A stretch of DNA of 64,000 nucleotides, taken from assembly GCA_051453625.1 (NCBI GenBank), contig JBOZIK010000001.1, positions 3,606,631 to 3,670,630 of the forward strand, read 5' to 3'. This document shows positions 40,672-54,730 of the stretch, in pieces; the stretch's first letter is position 1; every line of letters starts with the position of its first letter. Made by a program: the position numbers and the translations under genes. This DNA is from Welwitschia mirabilis. Its lineage: Eukaryota. The notes beneath the pieces were generated by a model. That model was given only the letters and a program-made list of their open reading frames with translations, was not told the DNA's origin and did no database searches.

Positions 40672-43315
40672 TGAATTGCATTACACTAGATGTGAAGATG
40701 TATCACACTGCTTTACCAAAGTGGCATAAGCGTGTTTTTTTGGAAATTCTTAGCATACTATTTAGTATAATTTATATATTTATTCATTAAATTTTTTTAA
40801 TATTAAATAACCTATATTTCAAAAATTTTTAGAGTCCTCTAATTAAAATTTTGTTAATACCATTTGTCATGTTAAAGTAACACAAGAACAACATTAAGGT
40901 CATCTTACTTAGAGGTCATATGTGAAAGTTATGGCTAGTTAAAGTTTTTTAATGTCTACTTATACATGTATAATTTTATGATAAAAGACATAATTATAAA
41001 TTAATAAAAAGAAGAAAAGGAAAAAAAATTAAATAATGACTTTACCTTGTAAGTGGATTTAACTCAATCTCTCATGTTTTATTTTTTATTCTTCTTTATT
41101 AGTCATTCTTTTTCAATTTCCATTAACTAATCATCCTTTCCCTTTCATTTTTCTTATATAATATGACTTTAAATTTTATTACTATTAAATTTTTTTCCTT
41201 TAATTATAAAATATTTCTTTATAGCCAAAAGTGGAATGAAAAATGCAACTTATTATGTGTAAGACATTTGTCTTAACTATTCTATTTATAGAAATTTCTA
41301 TGATAAAAATCTCTGGCCACTATCTTATTTAGTGGCTTTTATTAAAAAGTACAAAAAAATAGTTTTTACAAAAAGGAAATTTTTAAGTTATACATCATTC
41401 ATTCTAGATATAAATAAGGGTTGTATGAAGGGAGCACTAGAGTTATTCACTATTTTATTAGAAACTCCTTAAAAATCCTTTTGAGCACTAAAAATTTGAT
41501 AGGGTTTCTAGGATTAAAGATTGTAAATTTATCATATGTGAAGGCATTAGAGGCCCAAAAATAAGGAAAAAATCTTAAGGAGTGTGAATGATTCACATTA
41601 AAACAAATAAATAGTTATTTCTTTCATTTTGGTTTATATATAAATGGATATTCCAGACTTAGAATAATAGCATAATGAATCGAGTTTCTAAACCTATGGA
41701 TCTATTTGCTATAATTTAGGATTCAAAAGAAACTTAAACTAACTTTAACTAAGTGCATGTGAGCATTTCCAAAATATAGTATTAAATAATATTTTTAAAA
41801 TTAGTAGGTAGTCAAAAAAAAAGTTTTTACAATAATATGAAATCTTGAATTTCCTTTCATGATCTCTACATGATTGCTTAACAAATGAGAAATATTGTTA
41901 AAGTTTTCAAGGCAAGTTTAGAGAAAAAGATGGAATATTTGATCATTGATAGTAAAGATAGGAGTTTGAAGCACTTCAAATGGAATTTTATTATAACAAA
42001 ATTATGACTTAAAAGGCTAAGCAATATTAAAAAACTAAGAAAATAATCAAAAACTCCTTGAAATAATATTAATGCACAAAGAAATATAGAAGTACTATCA
42101 AATACACAATCACTAAGAAAAGACAAATAAGGCAAAGATACATATGTTGAAAAGGATCTTGTATTATTTTTTAATGCATTGAATTTTTATTCACTACTAC
42201 TTTTAACTATCCTTTACCTATCTTATTATCCCTTTTTCCTTTAAATTCTCACCTCTTTTTCTATTTCCTCTTCTTAAACCTTTCATCTCACTCTATTTTC
42301 TACAACCCATTTTATCTTCTCCCTAAATATTATGCTTTATCATTGAATTAGTTTTTATTTAAATATTTGATAAGATGTGCATTTAAATCACTCATAATTT
42401 TTTCAAGTAATAGAAAATTAATTTTTTAAGACTGAATAGGAAAATGTTTTTTCAAAAAAGAAGAGATTATGTTCATGTAATTTCCCTTATTTTTAAGAAG
42501 GAAAAAAGTTATAAATGGATAGAAAGATTTTCATGATTGAGATAAAAACAATAATAGTTTTCAAAGAATTAAATCAAAACCTTGATGTACTTCATCATTA
42601 ATGTCTGATTCTTTGTATTATAGATTTAATTTATTAGTAAATGAACATGTTTATTTTAAGATATATTCTCTCTTTCCTTAGCAGTTGAACATGAGTAAAT
42701 TTCATTTTCTAGTTTGTAATACTTTAGAAATCATTTTTAACTTTTAAGAAGAATTTTTTTTGGGTAAAAGTCATATATAATTTATTAGTTGGAATTAAGA
42801 AAGTTATTACTACTAATTTTCTTCAAGTATTATTAAGATGTTTCTTTCAAATTACTTACAATTTTAAAAAGTGGTTTACTCATAGTATGAAAGTATAGGC
42901 TGTCATTTTTTTAGTTCATAAATTTAATAACCTTCATATCACTAGTGATTTTAGTTTTAGTTTAAAAGTATAATTTTCTAAGTAATTATAGTTGTTATTT
43001 TCTACATAGAAAGTGTTCAAATGTTATGATAGTAGCTTATTTTTTTAAGATTAAAATATGTTTTATAGGGTGTCTTTTTTGCAATGGAATAATATTCTTT
43101 AATTTTATAACTTAAAGCATATATGTCATGTGAAGTAGAAATTTTATATAGAATTCAAAGTACATCTTTTAAACTATTACTTTAAATTATAAAGTTTCTT
43201 GAGTAGATTAATTTAGTAATTATTTTTCATCATTGATCATATATTTTATAAGCATAAAGATTCTTGTGGGTTCATTTTAGGTAACCACCACATTATAGTT
43301 ATATTTTAACCTTTA
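40672..43315 (+). repeat. 3' LTR of E (~2.6 kb)
   Basis: Direct repeat of 34303-36419 plus an extra ~420 bp (41440-41858). Ends aaccttta (CA>TA). Confidence 0.8.
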
Positions 43316-43649
43316 TCTCTACATTATTGAAAGATAAAATGATACAAGTAATGAAGATTTCTTTGCACATCAAATAGTTCAATTGAATTTCTACAGAGGC
43401 CTATTCAAGAGTCTAACTTATTCAATCTCTAGATAAATATCATAAGTTTATAAAAACATAGCTATATCACATGCAAAATGGAATTAAATGTAAAGATTAA
43501 AGTTTTTGAATAGAATATTAGTAAAATAATTCATCTTCTTAGTGATGGAAGAGCATCCTTATCCTTATTCTTATTTTCATTCATCACTATTTTATTTAGT
43601 GTAGTAGGGTTATTCTATAGGTATTTTACTTATTCTCTCCAAAGATGAT

Positions 43650-45950
43650 TTCTTAAAAAATAAAAATAATCCAAGTATATTATGTAGCATTCAGGATGGT
43701 AAGAGATATAAAGTTGAGCAAACTTCAAGATGTATTTTCAATGTTCCAAAATGTTTTTTATCGTAGGTAAATGATAGCTTCAAATTAAGTTTGATTATGA
43801 TCTTTAAAATGAAAAGTTGAAAAAACTCTATGTAGAAGTACGTTTATAGCCTATCAAATCAATGGAATTTTCATCTTTGATAGTTTTTTGGTAAGAATGT
43901 CATATGAATAAATGAAGGAAATCATTCTAAATCATGAGATTTTTAAATTAATTAGTAATTTTGGAATATTATTATACATTAGTAGTAGATGAAAAAAATG
44001 CATGTATATGAAAGGAAAAATGAATATATGAGGTAACTTTACATATAAATAGGATTTAGTAGCTAGGATGAAGAACTCTAACATGCTTGTTCACAACCAA
44101 TGAAGGTACTAATAATTATGATAACTCTATGATTACAACAAAAGGAACATGCAAAAATGGAAAATGAGCTATAGAGCTATGGATAACCTTAGTTTAAAAT
44201 AAACATTATTAGATGTTGCATTGACATGGATGTTAATGAAATAACTATTTATAGAAACGAAATTTCTCTTAGTTTTATCTTGTATGGAATTATTAGTCCT
44301 ATTTACAAGTAATTTATGACATTATTCTTGTTTCAAGGTTACCATTGCAAAGTAATTATTGATTCTAAGACGTTTTTATATCCTATTATGAGCTTTCTTC
44401 CTTTATTTATGATATTGTGAGCCATTTACTCAATTGTCTCTTTAAAATTTTGAAATTATTTTCTTCTTATGAAATGGGAAATTTAAACGTTGATGAGAAT
44501 GTTTAAGAAAAGCATTCAAGTTTTTAATTTGTCTTTAAAAGGTTCTTAGTTCATCACTGAAAACCAAAAAAATCATAAGGAGAAAGAATCTAGTAGATCT
44601 CATAGTAGACTAACAAAAATAAACTTAGTGATTTTGATTGAAATATTTCAAAGTGGTTCTACATGTAATAAGGTTATAATAACTTTACATATTATAGAGA
44701 TGAAATTAAAGAGTTTTAACTTTTCTTTTAAATGGAAGAAAATCCCTTGGAATTCCTATGGCATTGTGAATTGAAAATTAATTCTTTAATCAAAGTATTA
44801 AATACAAACAATACTCTAGTGGATTATAAGGCCTCTCTCTTATGCTTATTCTATTATGACTCCATCTTTATTTATTTATAGGTTTTGACTAGTAAAAAAG
44901 TGGTTGTCAACTCTAAAAGGATTGATAGTATTATTACTAAAATAAATGGCATTAATTTTAAGAATTCTATGAAAGAACTTATAGAGGATGTTGTAAACTG
45001 TGAAATAATGCCTTAATATGTAAATAATTTTGAAATTTTTAGATTGATGTTGAAAGCCATGTTTTATTGATCATTTATTTATTCATATCATTTATTAGGA
45101 TAATATCATTTATTTTTAGTTTTAGTAAGTCTTTACTTCACTTGCTAATTTGTTTTTAAATCTTAATATTTTTAAAGATGAGAGTTTTCTTTCTATAAGA
45201 TCACTACTATAATGCGAATTTTGTGGATTCATAATCATTGAACTATAACTTTGAAGTTTACTATTTTTTCATTAGAAATTTTAAAAAAGAATAATATGAC
45301 ACCATAATTTGACTATTTCTGAATGGTTAGCCATTCATGTAGTTTTGTTTTATTTAGAAAATCTTTTTGAGAGAAAAATATTTATTGAATGCATTACTTA
45401 GAGAGAGGAAATCTTAAAAACATTAAACAAAAAATAAATGATTAATTTGATTAGTAGTTCTAAGTTTTCAAGAATAACATCACTTTAAAAGAGTGTGATT
45501 CACATGGTAGAAGTGCTATATGCTCTCTTTTTTTAGTTTCTCTTTGGGGAAATAAAATCTAGAAAATGGAATATCTAGACTCATATCACATGTGGAAAAA
45601 CCTATAAACATAGTTTATGACCAATAATGTTGGGATAATATCATCTAAATATTTAATCATTCATGTTGATTATATGTAGCTAAAAATTCATTTTATATTT
45701 TAGGTGTGATTTAGTATGTTACATTATGAATTCAAAATTTTAGAATTTATTAAATAAGATTATCTTACCAAAATAGTGACCTAAGTATAAAGCCAATGAT
45801 ACAGATCATATTTTAATTAGGTAAAATAAAACCAAATGAGATTTCAACTAATGCTTGAAGAATTAGATTATTTGATAGAGGATATCAAAATCTTGAATTT
45901 GTAAGGAAATGATAAGAAAAATTTACATTAAAAATAGAATATTTTTATTC
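43650..45950 (+). pseudogene. Very degenerate, internally deleted Ty3/gypsy gag-pol remnant
   Basis: HCKVIIDSKT ~44345 (VLIDSGA protease) and VVVNSKRIDSIITKINGI ~44900 (HVVS..GI.VD..KI.AI). RNase H-like text lies at ~45300-45480 and integrase Zn-region-like text at ~45580-45690, giving PR-RT-RH-IN order. Confidence 0.4.
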
Positions 45951-48900
45951 ATTTTTATAGGATATAAACATAGAAATTTATATATAATTAGTATAACCAT
46001 TTGTAATTATGCTTGTAACTTATTAACAATTCTGCTTTATGTAAATAAACACTTAAGAGAAAGAAAATGTTAAAATATTTTTTAGTTTAAAAATAATAAT
46101 GAAAAGCTATAAATACCACACAAACTTAAGCCATTAGATTTTAAAGACTTAAAATACTTTATTGCATTAAGACCCTTGTAAATAATAGCTATTCTTAGCA
46201 AAATTGTATTCTAATATGTATACACAAGCAATTATATATATACATCAATCTATCTATCATGCAAAACTAGGGGAAAAGGAATAGAATGTAAAAGTACTAG
46301 ATTATAATATGTATTATTTATTTTTAATCAATGTACAATCTTCATATTAACTTCTAGCAAAATTAATACTAAGAGCAAGAAATAAAACATGAATTTTTTT
46401 CCTAGATATCATTGAAAACATAAAGTATTAATGTTCTAAACAAGCATCACACAATACGTTACTATTCTTTTGGGTATACATAGGTAGAACCATGCTTTTT
46501 AGCTACTCTCTTAGACCTTCTCTTCTTTTAAAAGACTTTTTAAGATTTTCTTTAGGAAACCAAAAGATGTTGTTTCCTACTTTTCTGTCTTTTTATATAA
46601 GATGTTTGCCAAATAATAGGCTTCACTTCTTATGGCATAACTACCTCCTTTTCTAGTGTAACTTCCTCTCAATTGCCACCTATCTCCTATTTATACTTTC
46701 TTTCCTTCTTTCTATTATCATTTTTGTAAGACAGTTTTCACATTAATCACTTAACTTACGCATTATATTATCTTATGCATTATAAACTAAAATAAGATAA
46801 CTTTTTACATAAATTTAAACTAAAATATTTTATAAACTAAGACTCATCACTTATGCATTATATTATCTTAACATTCATACTATCATTCATATACATATGA
46901 AATTAGATTAGTTATAAATTCATTATTAGTAATTTAATATTTATTATGTTGATGTTATTTTCTAATAACATACACATTGAAGAGGATTAGAACAAGTTTA
47001 AAATAGCTAAATATTATTACACAATGAAAAGTAACCATTTGTAAGTGTATACGTGAAAAGCAAAGATAAATATGAAAGTTATAATAAAAATATATCATTT
47101 CACTTTTGATTATCTAAATATATTTTTAATAAGTGTAGATGATTCATGATCCATATTCCTTACAAGTGTCGTTTCCTTAACTAACCAAAAATATATATAA
47201 ATATTCCTATAGCATACCCATTAGGAATCCCTTTTAATACATTGCATTACATCCAAAAATGGTAGCAAGCTTAGGATCAACATAGGAGAAGGCTAAGAAT
47301 CACTCTTCTTTACTTTAGCCATAACCCATAGAAGAATCATTATTATTTTTTTACATTTTAGCATTAATGAAAAGCATTTTAATTCTAAAAAGTTTTCATC
47401 TTATTATTCTTACTATTTTATGTTATCTATATGTTTAAAAGTGGTATAAATGTTTTTTTAAAGAATGTTCCAATAAGATGTAAAAAGGTAATTAGAAACC
47501 TTTATTTAAGATATTACTTAAAAAGGTGATATTTTCACTAAATCTATTATAATATTTATTGCTAATTAAGTATTTATAATATTGTAGTACCTAGAAATAG
47601 GTTTTGTTCTAGCATTTTCTTTTATGATTATTACTCTAAATATGTTACTCCCAAAAATTATATTTTATGTATCTATTTTAAATAGAAAATTTTATATTTT
47701 AACTTATGTGATTATTTCGTTTTCAAAAGATGTGAGATTTTGATAAAGATTAATCTTACTCTCTTGAGTTAAAGTCTTCACAAAAATAAACTATTATAAA
47801 ATTTAAACTAGGTACTTCTAGGATTCCCTTTAAAATAAATATATGAGATTAGGATTACATTAGCCCATATTATTTCATGATTTTATCTATTTCTACTATA
47901 TTAATCTATATAAGTAATCTTAATTTCTAAACTTATCATATGTTAAGATGTAAAAAATAAGAGAAGAATCATTGTGAGTGCTATGCTTTGAGCAATTTTT
48001 TAATCTATGTAAGAAATTCTTCATAAATTATCTATGTTCATGAAGATTAATTGGAACCCCTTCGAGATTACAAATATTTTTTAATCTTATATGTCTAGGT
48101 TATGTACATCATAGAATTGTTTTGAGAGATTTTTTGAATTCTTCATTTTGTAAGTCATAATCTAGCATTCTTTCCTCAAGCTTACTCAAGATAATACTTC
48201 TTTCTTTATTTGTAAAAGTTCACCTTAGTTTATGCCTTTTTCATCTACCTCTGTAATTAAGTTTATAATAGAAATTGGAGTAGTGTTAAATATGTCTTTT
48301 ATTAATATTCTTTCTATAGCAAGATTAATAAAAACCATATATGAAATTTTGATATTTATAAATAAATCCTTATGTGATTTTTATTTCAATCAGTTAAAAC
48401 CCTGCTCCAAACTCCTAACATATGTGCATTACAAATATCATTTACAAAATTAAAAAACTTAAATTTGTTATAAACCTATAAATTTCATTATAGTTATTTT
48501 GTAATCCATTGAATAAGCATTAGTTGTCTTTAAAGGAAGCTATTATTCTCTTTATATTATTGTCAAAAATATTTAATTTAGGAAATCTCATATAAGAATT
48601 AAATCATATTACTCTAGCCTTTTGCATATAACCATTACTTTTAAAATGTATTGAAAAAATAAAAATAATAATGGTCAAAACATTACAAAAGGAACATAGC
48701 ATAAGTAATTAGAAGATTTTGCTAATATAATAAAATCTTTTAATAGAAATATGAGTTTTTAATATTCTTTGTTTATAATCTCATTTGATAACTAAATAAA
48801 CTTAACATGATTTCTTTAAAAATATATTTATGCACATGAATTATAAAATAAATCTTAAGTAATGAATTCTAGCTTTTGTTAAGTAGACATTACAACTCTC

Positions 48901-50932
48901 TTTTACTTTTATTTTTTTGTATAAACATTTTTATAAAAAATATAATATGACTTTTTCTTCAAATTTATAGTATTAGAACCTTAAGAGTACAATTTTATTT
49001 ATAAGGATAAATTAATACTCTGTTTCTCATTCATAATCCTAATTAAACCCAAAAATAATTAAAGTTAGATACTAACATTTATCATTTTATTAAAGGCCCT
49101 CTTGATTTTTAAAACCTGTGGAGACTTATGCGAATGAAATCTAATATGGATTAAACTTGGGTCCTTATCTACATCAATAAGAAGAGTAAAGAAATAACCT
49201 TTTTGTCCTTATTAACGTAAACATAAAAACTTAATGATATTTTTAAAATTTAGCTACACCTCTACATATTATGACTAAATGTTATTTAATATATGCACTT
49301 CATGACTAAATAATCCCATTCTTACAAGTCATAACTTAAAATTTAAATCTAAGAATTCTATTGCACCTTTGCATAAAAAACCTTCTAACATGGGATCTCT
49401 GCATATTCATTCTTATATCTTTTTAAATTTTTTAAAAAAATTAATGTATATAGAACTTGTCCATGTGAATGGCATTTACATTGCATTTATAACATGGCCT
49501 AAATCTAGTTAACATTTTTATTCACATGGTTACTTAGTGACATTTTACTCTATCATGCATTATGTTAACTATCTTTTTTAATTTTAATTTTATTTTTTCT
49601 TTATAATATCCTCTCTTTTCTTATCCTAATTAAGCACTATTTCCCCCCTTTTTTCTTTTCTCTTCCTTCCTTATTTAATAGTATTACCAAATAGACATAA
49701 TAGAACCTAGGTTCAAATTTTATGTATTTCTTTATTAGCATTTTTGTATTCTAAGACGAATAAATCATATTAATATTATACATTTACTATAATTAATTTT
49801 TATTTTATTTTAGTTTATAAATAATAACAATGACATAAGTTTATGTCCTCCATTTCTTCCTAGTTTTTATCACATAGAAAGATATCTTGTAAATAGTTAA
49901 GGGAATGTAAACTTATTATAAAACATACATGGATAAGCTTAATCATAATACTTAACCAATACAATAGGAGGTTACAAGTCCTATTAATGGCATTTTAGCT
50001 TGACATCTGATCATCCTTTGAATACGAGTTGATTCTACTTTAGGTTTAAAATGTACAGACATATCTAGGCTCAATTCCATAGGCTTATACTTCACCTCGA
50101 CATACTCGCAATACAGATGACAGAGAGAACATGAGATGGATGCATGCTTAAAATAACCCCTACTTTCTTGAAACATTTCCAAGTGATGCGACATAGTTCA
50201 TTGATGCCAAGGACTTAGGATATTAAGTCAGACTAAGTTTATACATGGGCAGGATAGGAGAGTGTTGATCAAATCCACTTCTAAAAGGGTATTATAAAAA
50301 GAATGTAATGCAACCCACCATGGGGATGAAATCCAAGTATGGGGATGATTATTATTAGGATTATTTTGATTTTGTCATGTTTGATGAATATACCACATAA
50401 TACATGCATATAATTTTAACTAATGTGGATATTTAATGGATTATTTACCTAATAATTCTAATCATCATTAGGTTCATTTTATAGAAATAATTCTAAAAGA
50501 AAAAACAAGCATACTAGAATATCTCTATATTCAAGATTATAGTAATGAAAATATAAATAAAGAAACTATTATTTCTTTTTTCCTTTTAATAATAATAATA
50601 AAATTTAAAATGTATCAAATCACATCTTAATAATGTATTTTAAGAAACTAATCCATATGTGAATCTATGTTAATCCTAGTAGCATTCTTCCATGCTCATA
50701 TGATAATTTCCATTGTGTAAGGAAGATAAACAAAAAAAGTATAGTTCAAGAATGATTATTAAGATATAATTATTTATTTAATACTCATATGGATTTATTA
50801 TAAGTCATATTTATGTTATTTAAACTACTAAGATGAAAACCCTTCTAAGCATGCATATACAAAGTAAGATAAACGTAAAAGGTAAAAAGGTATTTCTATA
50901 ATAAAATATTATTTCTATGTAATTTAAATTAA

Positions 50933-51097
50933 GGGGTGACTTAGGGCCTAAGATTAGGTTGAAAGGCATTGTTGATGGACAATAAGTTAATATTCATGTA
51001 CTATCTTTTATTGGTCCCAAGGGACGGAGGAGGCTAAGTTAGCTGAAAGATGGTTATCCGTTCAAGGACGCAAGGTGACCTTTCCTTTTTCAGGGTA
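50933..51097 (+). pseudogene. rrn23: Nuclear insertion of a plastid 23S rRNA fragment (NUPT)
   Basis: Matches the plastid rrn23 segment as I recall it (...gggcctaagatcaggccgaaaggcgtagtcgatggacaac...ttggtcccgagggacggaggaggctaggttagccgaaagatggttatcggttcaag...cagggtaag), mostly with C>T and G>A changes. Confidence 0.9.
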
Positions 51098-51719
51098 GTT
51101 CACTGGTAGTTGGTTCACCCACTCTAGTTGCTACAGGCTTTGTCTTGAATATATTCCCCTTTGATATAAGCTTATCTTATATCCTTAAATTCCCTATAAA
51201 AATATTATGTAATAATTTTTCTATGATTTAAAACATTAACTATAATGTTTTGGAGCTTTAAGGAGATATCATAATAAAAAATTTAATAATTAATGAATTA
51301 TCAAGAAATAAATAAAGTTTTTCATAAATTAGATTTATAATAGAATGCTTAGAAAATAACTTAGACTATCGTGGGATTCTAAAAATATTATTTCTAAGGT
51401 CATGATTTAAAGTTAAAAACTACCAAATTTTCTAAAATTATGGTTCTACTTCACGACATTAAAATGATCATAACCTTGAAAAATATTTGGATTTTTAAAT
51501 GATGCAATATATTTTGGAAATATTATTTAATTCTTTACAACTTAGAATGCTTAATTTTTCAAATATTTTAACTATTAGTTAGAGAAACATAAATTAATTA
51601 CATACTATTTGTTGCACTTATTTCCTAATATATTTTTAATAAATAACTTTATTAAAAACTATTACACATTAAAAAAATTACTATTTTTACATTTTCCCAG
51701 TAATAACACAATCTTAGAT

Positions 51720-52412
51720 GTAAAAAAATTACTAATTTATACCTACTAATTAACAAACTATAGTATTTTTAACCTATGCCTCTATTCTAAAAGTTTAATT
51801 TTCGCTATTAGAAAAAATATGTTAAAGTTCCTACAAATAACTAGGAAATAATTTAGATCAGTAAATTAATGGATATACTAAATAATTATTTACAAAATAT
51901 CTTAATTAAATTTACTAATTTAATTCATTGTAGAATGAAAAATCAAATCAATTTAAAAAGAACCATTTACTATGAGCCTTAGGATTTCCATGAAAGAGTA
52001 CTAGCCTAAAAGAGATTTTTGAAGATTAGGCCTTTGCCCCTAATAAGATGGACCTAATGCATACTAGATAAATTTATATTATTAAAATAAACATGGGTAC
52101 CCAAATTTTCTTTTTTTCGCTCTTCTTATAGTAAACCCCCTAGTCATTTGGCCATAACCATCCATTAGTAACCTCCATTACCAAGCACAAGATACTCCTC
52201 ATATCTCCTCAATGTCTTAGTAAGATCCAATAGGAGGAAATATCATTACTCTAATAGAATCTTCAAAAACGATCATATGAACAATATGAGTAAATAGCTT
52301 ATTTGGAAATATTGGTAAGTCCTTGATAGTCAAAGATTGATGAAGATCCAATATTAAGAATTATTAGCTACAAGCTTCTGAGCTCTAAGCTTCACAAGTT
52401 AGAAAATAAAAA
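51720..52412. repeat. Copy 1 of a ~0.7 kb direct repeat (copy 2 at ~54020-54730)
   Basis: Shares catttactat.agccttaggatttcca.gaaagagtacta, cccctaataagatg.acctaatgcata and tatagtaaa.cccctagtca with copy 2. Ends at an N gap. Confidence 0.8.
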
Positions 52413-52512
52413 NNNNNNNNNNNNNNNNNNNNNNNNNNNNNNNNNNNNNNNNNNNNNNNNNNNNNNNNNNNNNNNNNNNNNNNNNNNNNNNNNNNNNNNN
52501 NNNNNNNNNNNN

Positions 52513-52794
52513 TATCATAATAAGCTATCATCCCGATTATTGTGGGGATGATAGTGGGGATGACACACTTCCCAAGCTTCTCAAGTAGCGTAAATTGGTC
52601 TTCTTCATCTTTAGTCCTCTTTCAATATGCTAAGTATCAGGAGATGCTTGAAATGCCTCCAATTATGCCAAGAATTATATGTTTTTATGATCATCTTGTT
52701 ATCTCTCCATAACAATTGTATCTAAACCTATATAAATGTCCTACAAAAGTACTCCAAATATACCATCAAATTCCTATAAATTGGCATCACAACA
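52513..52794 (-). mobile_element. LTR end fragment, family of 1-522 and 29835-31078
   Basis: Colinear with 155-522 and has the intact terminus ttggcatcacaaca. Confidence 0.75.
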
Positions 52795-54019
52795 ACATGA
52801 AACCATCATTTCTTTCCTACATCTTCACTTACATTGGTTTCGATACATGCACAAATTGTATGAGAACTATATTCCATCATAGTTCCTAGCATGGCTCATG
52901 ACAAGGAATGGGTTGAAAAAGGGATTTCAAAATAGGGTAAGGGGTTACACTCCAAGGAGACATGACCAATACCTCTCATTAGTTTATGTTAATTTCTTTA
53001 TGACACATGTTCTAATAATCCAAATGCACCCTACTAAAAGGGGGTATTAATATTATAAGTTATGCATATATCTCTTCTTTTTGCTTTAGCAGTCTAGTCT
53101 CAATGCCTTGGGACCTCTAATGGAGAGTTACATTCCCTGAAGTTTATATAACTAATTACCCTAGCCAGTTTTAATTTTATAATATAATATAAAGGTTAGT
53201 GATCAAACAAGATGTTCACATGCATAGCTTACAAAAGAGCTAGTCAACGAGACTTAGTCACAAAAGTTGATAGCAAGGTAGCTTAGGATCCACAGGTTTT
53301 TGACAATTAGTTCATACAAAACATAACTCTACAACTCCGAGAGGACTCTTACAAGATATTATTAAAAGACTATTAAGGTTTTATAAATACTTCAGTGCAC
53401 ACATAACAACACAAAAAATATGGCATTCACATGAGGTTTATAAGATATAAATACATGAAAGAGAACTCAAACCATGCAAGAATATACAAGAACAAATCCT
53501 ACATGTATTTATAAAGAAGACTACGAACCATACCTATTCTTAGTGAAAATCCAAAGTAATCTTAGTTGTAATCAACTCCACATGACCAAGTCATAAAGTA
53601 TGACTTTAATAGCTAGGGGAAATCAAGTATTTATAACAAAGAACTGATAGCAGGGTTTAGGTTTCTATAGATAGTTTAGATTCCCTCAATCCTTCCTTTA
53701 CAAGTTTGCCCATTAGGTTTGAATAATAATACAAAAATATCTAATAAATAAATTTAACTAGATGAGATAAATAACATGAACAATTATTTTAGATTACATG
53801 TCCTTACCATTACATGAATAAGATATAATTAAGAGAAATCTATATCAAAGCTATAGTTAATTTCCAAAGATAAGTTAAGTAATCCAATGTTAAACTGCAT
53901 CAATAGAAAATCATGCATAAGTAATATTAATTTACTTAATTAGTTGAATCTTTAAGTTTAACTAACAAAAATAATAACACCAAGTTATTATTTCAAATAA
54001 TTCTAAAGTAATAGTATGC

Positions 54020-54730
54020 AAATACCTTAGTTTTACTATTACTTTTATTACAAATACTATTATTTTTAACAACTAAAAACTAAAGTTATTTATTATTACT
54101 AAATTTATAAAATCTAATCATTTATCTAAATGATTAAGAAGGTTTTCTAACCTTAGAAAAGATCTGGACATGATAATTATAGAAAGAAAAATCAAATAAA
54201 TTCAAAAATAATCATTTACTATAAGCCTTAGGATTTCCAGGAAAGAGTACTAACCTAAATCAAATTTTTAAGGATCATACCTTTACCCCTAATAAGATGA
54301 ACCTAATGCATAATAGATAAAAACTTAATACTAAAATAAACATGGATATCAAAATTTTCTTTTTTTTAATTTACTCTTTATAGTAAAGCCCCTAGTCACT
54401 TTGCATAATCATCCATTAATAACCTCTATCACCAAGCATAAGAGGCCCTTCGTATCTCTCTATTGTCTTAGTAAGAGCACATGAAAGAGAAGAAAATTAT
54501 ATATATATACACATACATAATTTCAAGGTAATTATAATGATGATCGAATTTAATATATCATCACTCTACTAGAATATTTAAAAAAGATCATATGGACAAC
54601 ATGAATAAAGAGCTTACTTGAAAATATTAGTAACTCTTTAATGCTTGAAGATTAATAAAGATCTAAACTCAAGAATATTAGCTTAAAGCTTTCAAGATCC
54701 AGGCTTCACAAATAATAGAATGAAAAGAAA
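54020..54730. repeat. Copy 2 of the direct repeat, probably LTR-derived
   Basis: See 51720-52412. It has ~60 extra bp, including a (TA)n run, at ~54480-54555. Confidence 0.8.

Larger units (their letters stand above)
34303..43315 (+). mobile_element. Near-complete ancient Ty1/copia element E with two long LTRs
   Basis: LTR, PBS, gag, PR, IN, RT, RNase H, PPT and LTR are all readable in order. Confidence 0.88.

Noticed and set aside
50060..50160. YGIEPR suggesting a PPR gene fragment (minus strand)
   Set aside because: An isolated hexapeptide among stops, with no PPR consensus around it.
50933..51097. Functional rRNA gene or bacterial contamination
   Set aside because: Only 165 bp, mutated in the same way as the flanking nuclear DNA, and plastid-type in sequence.
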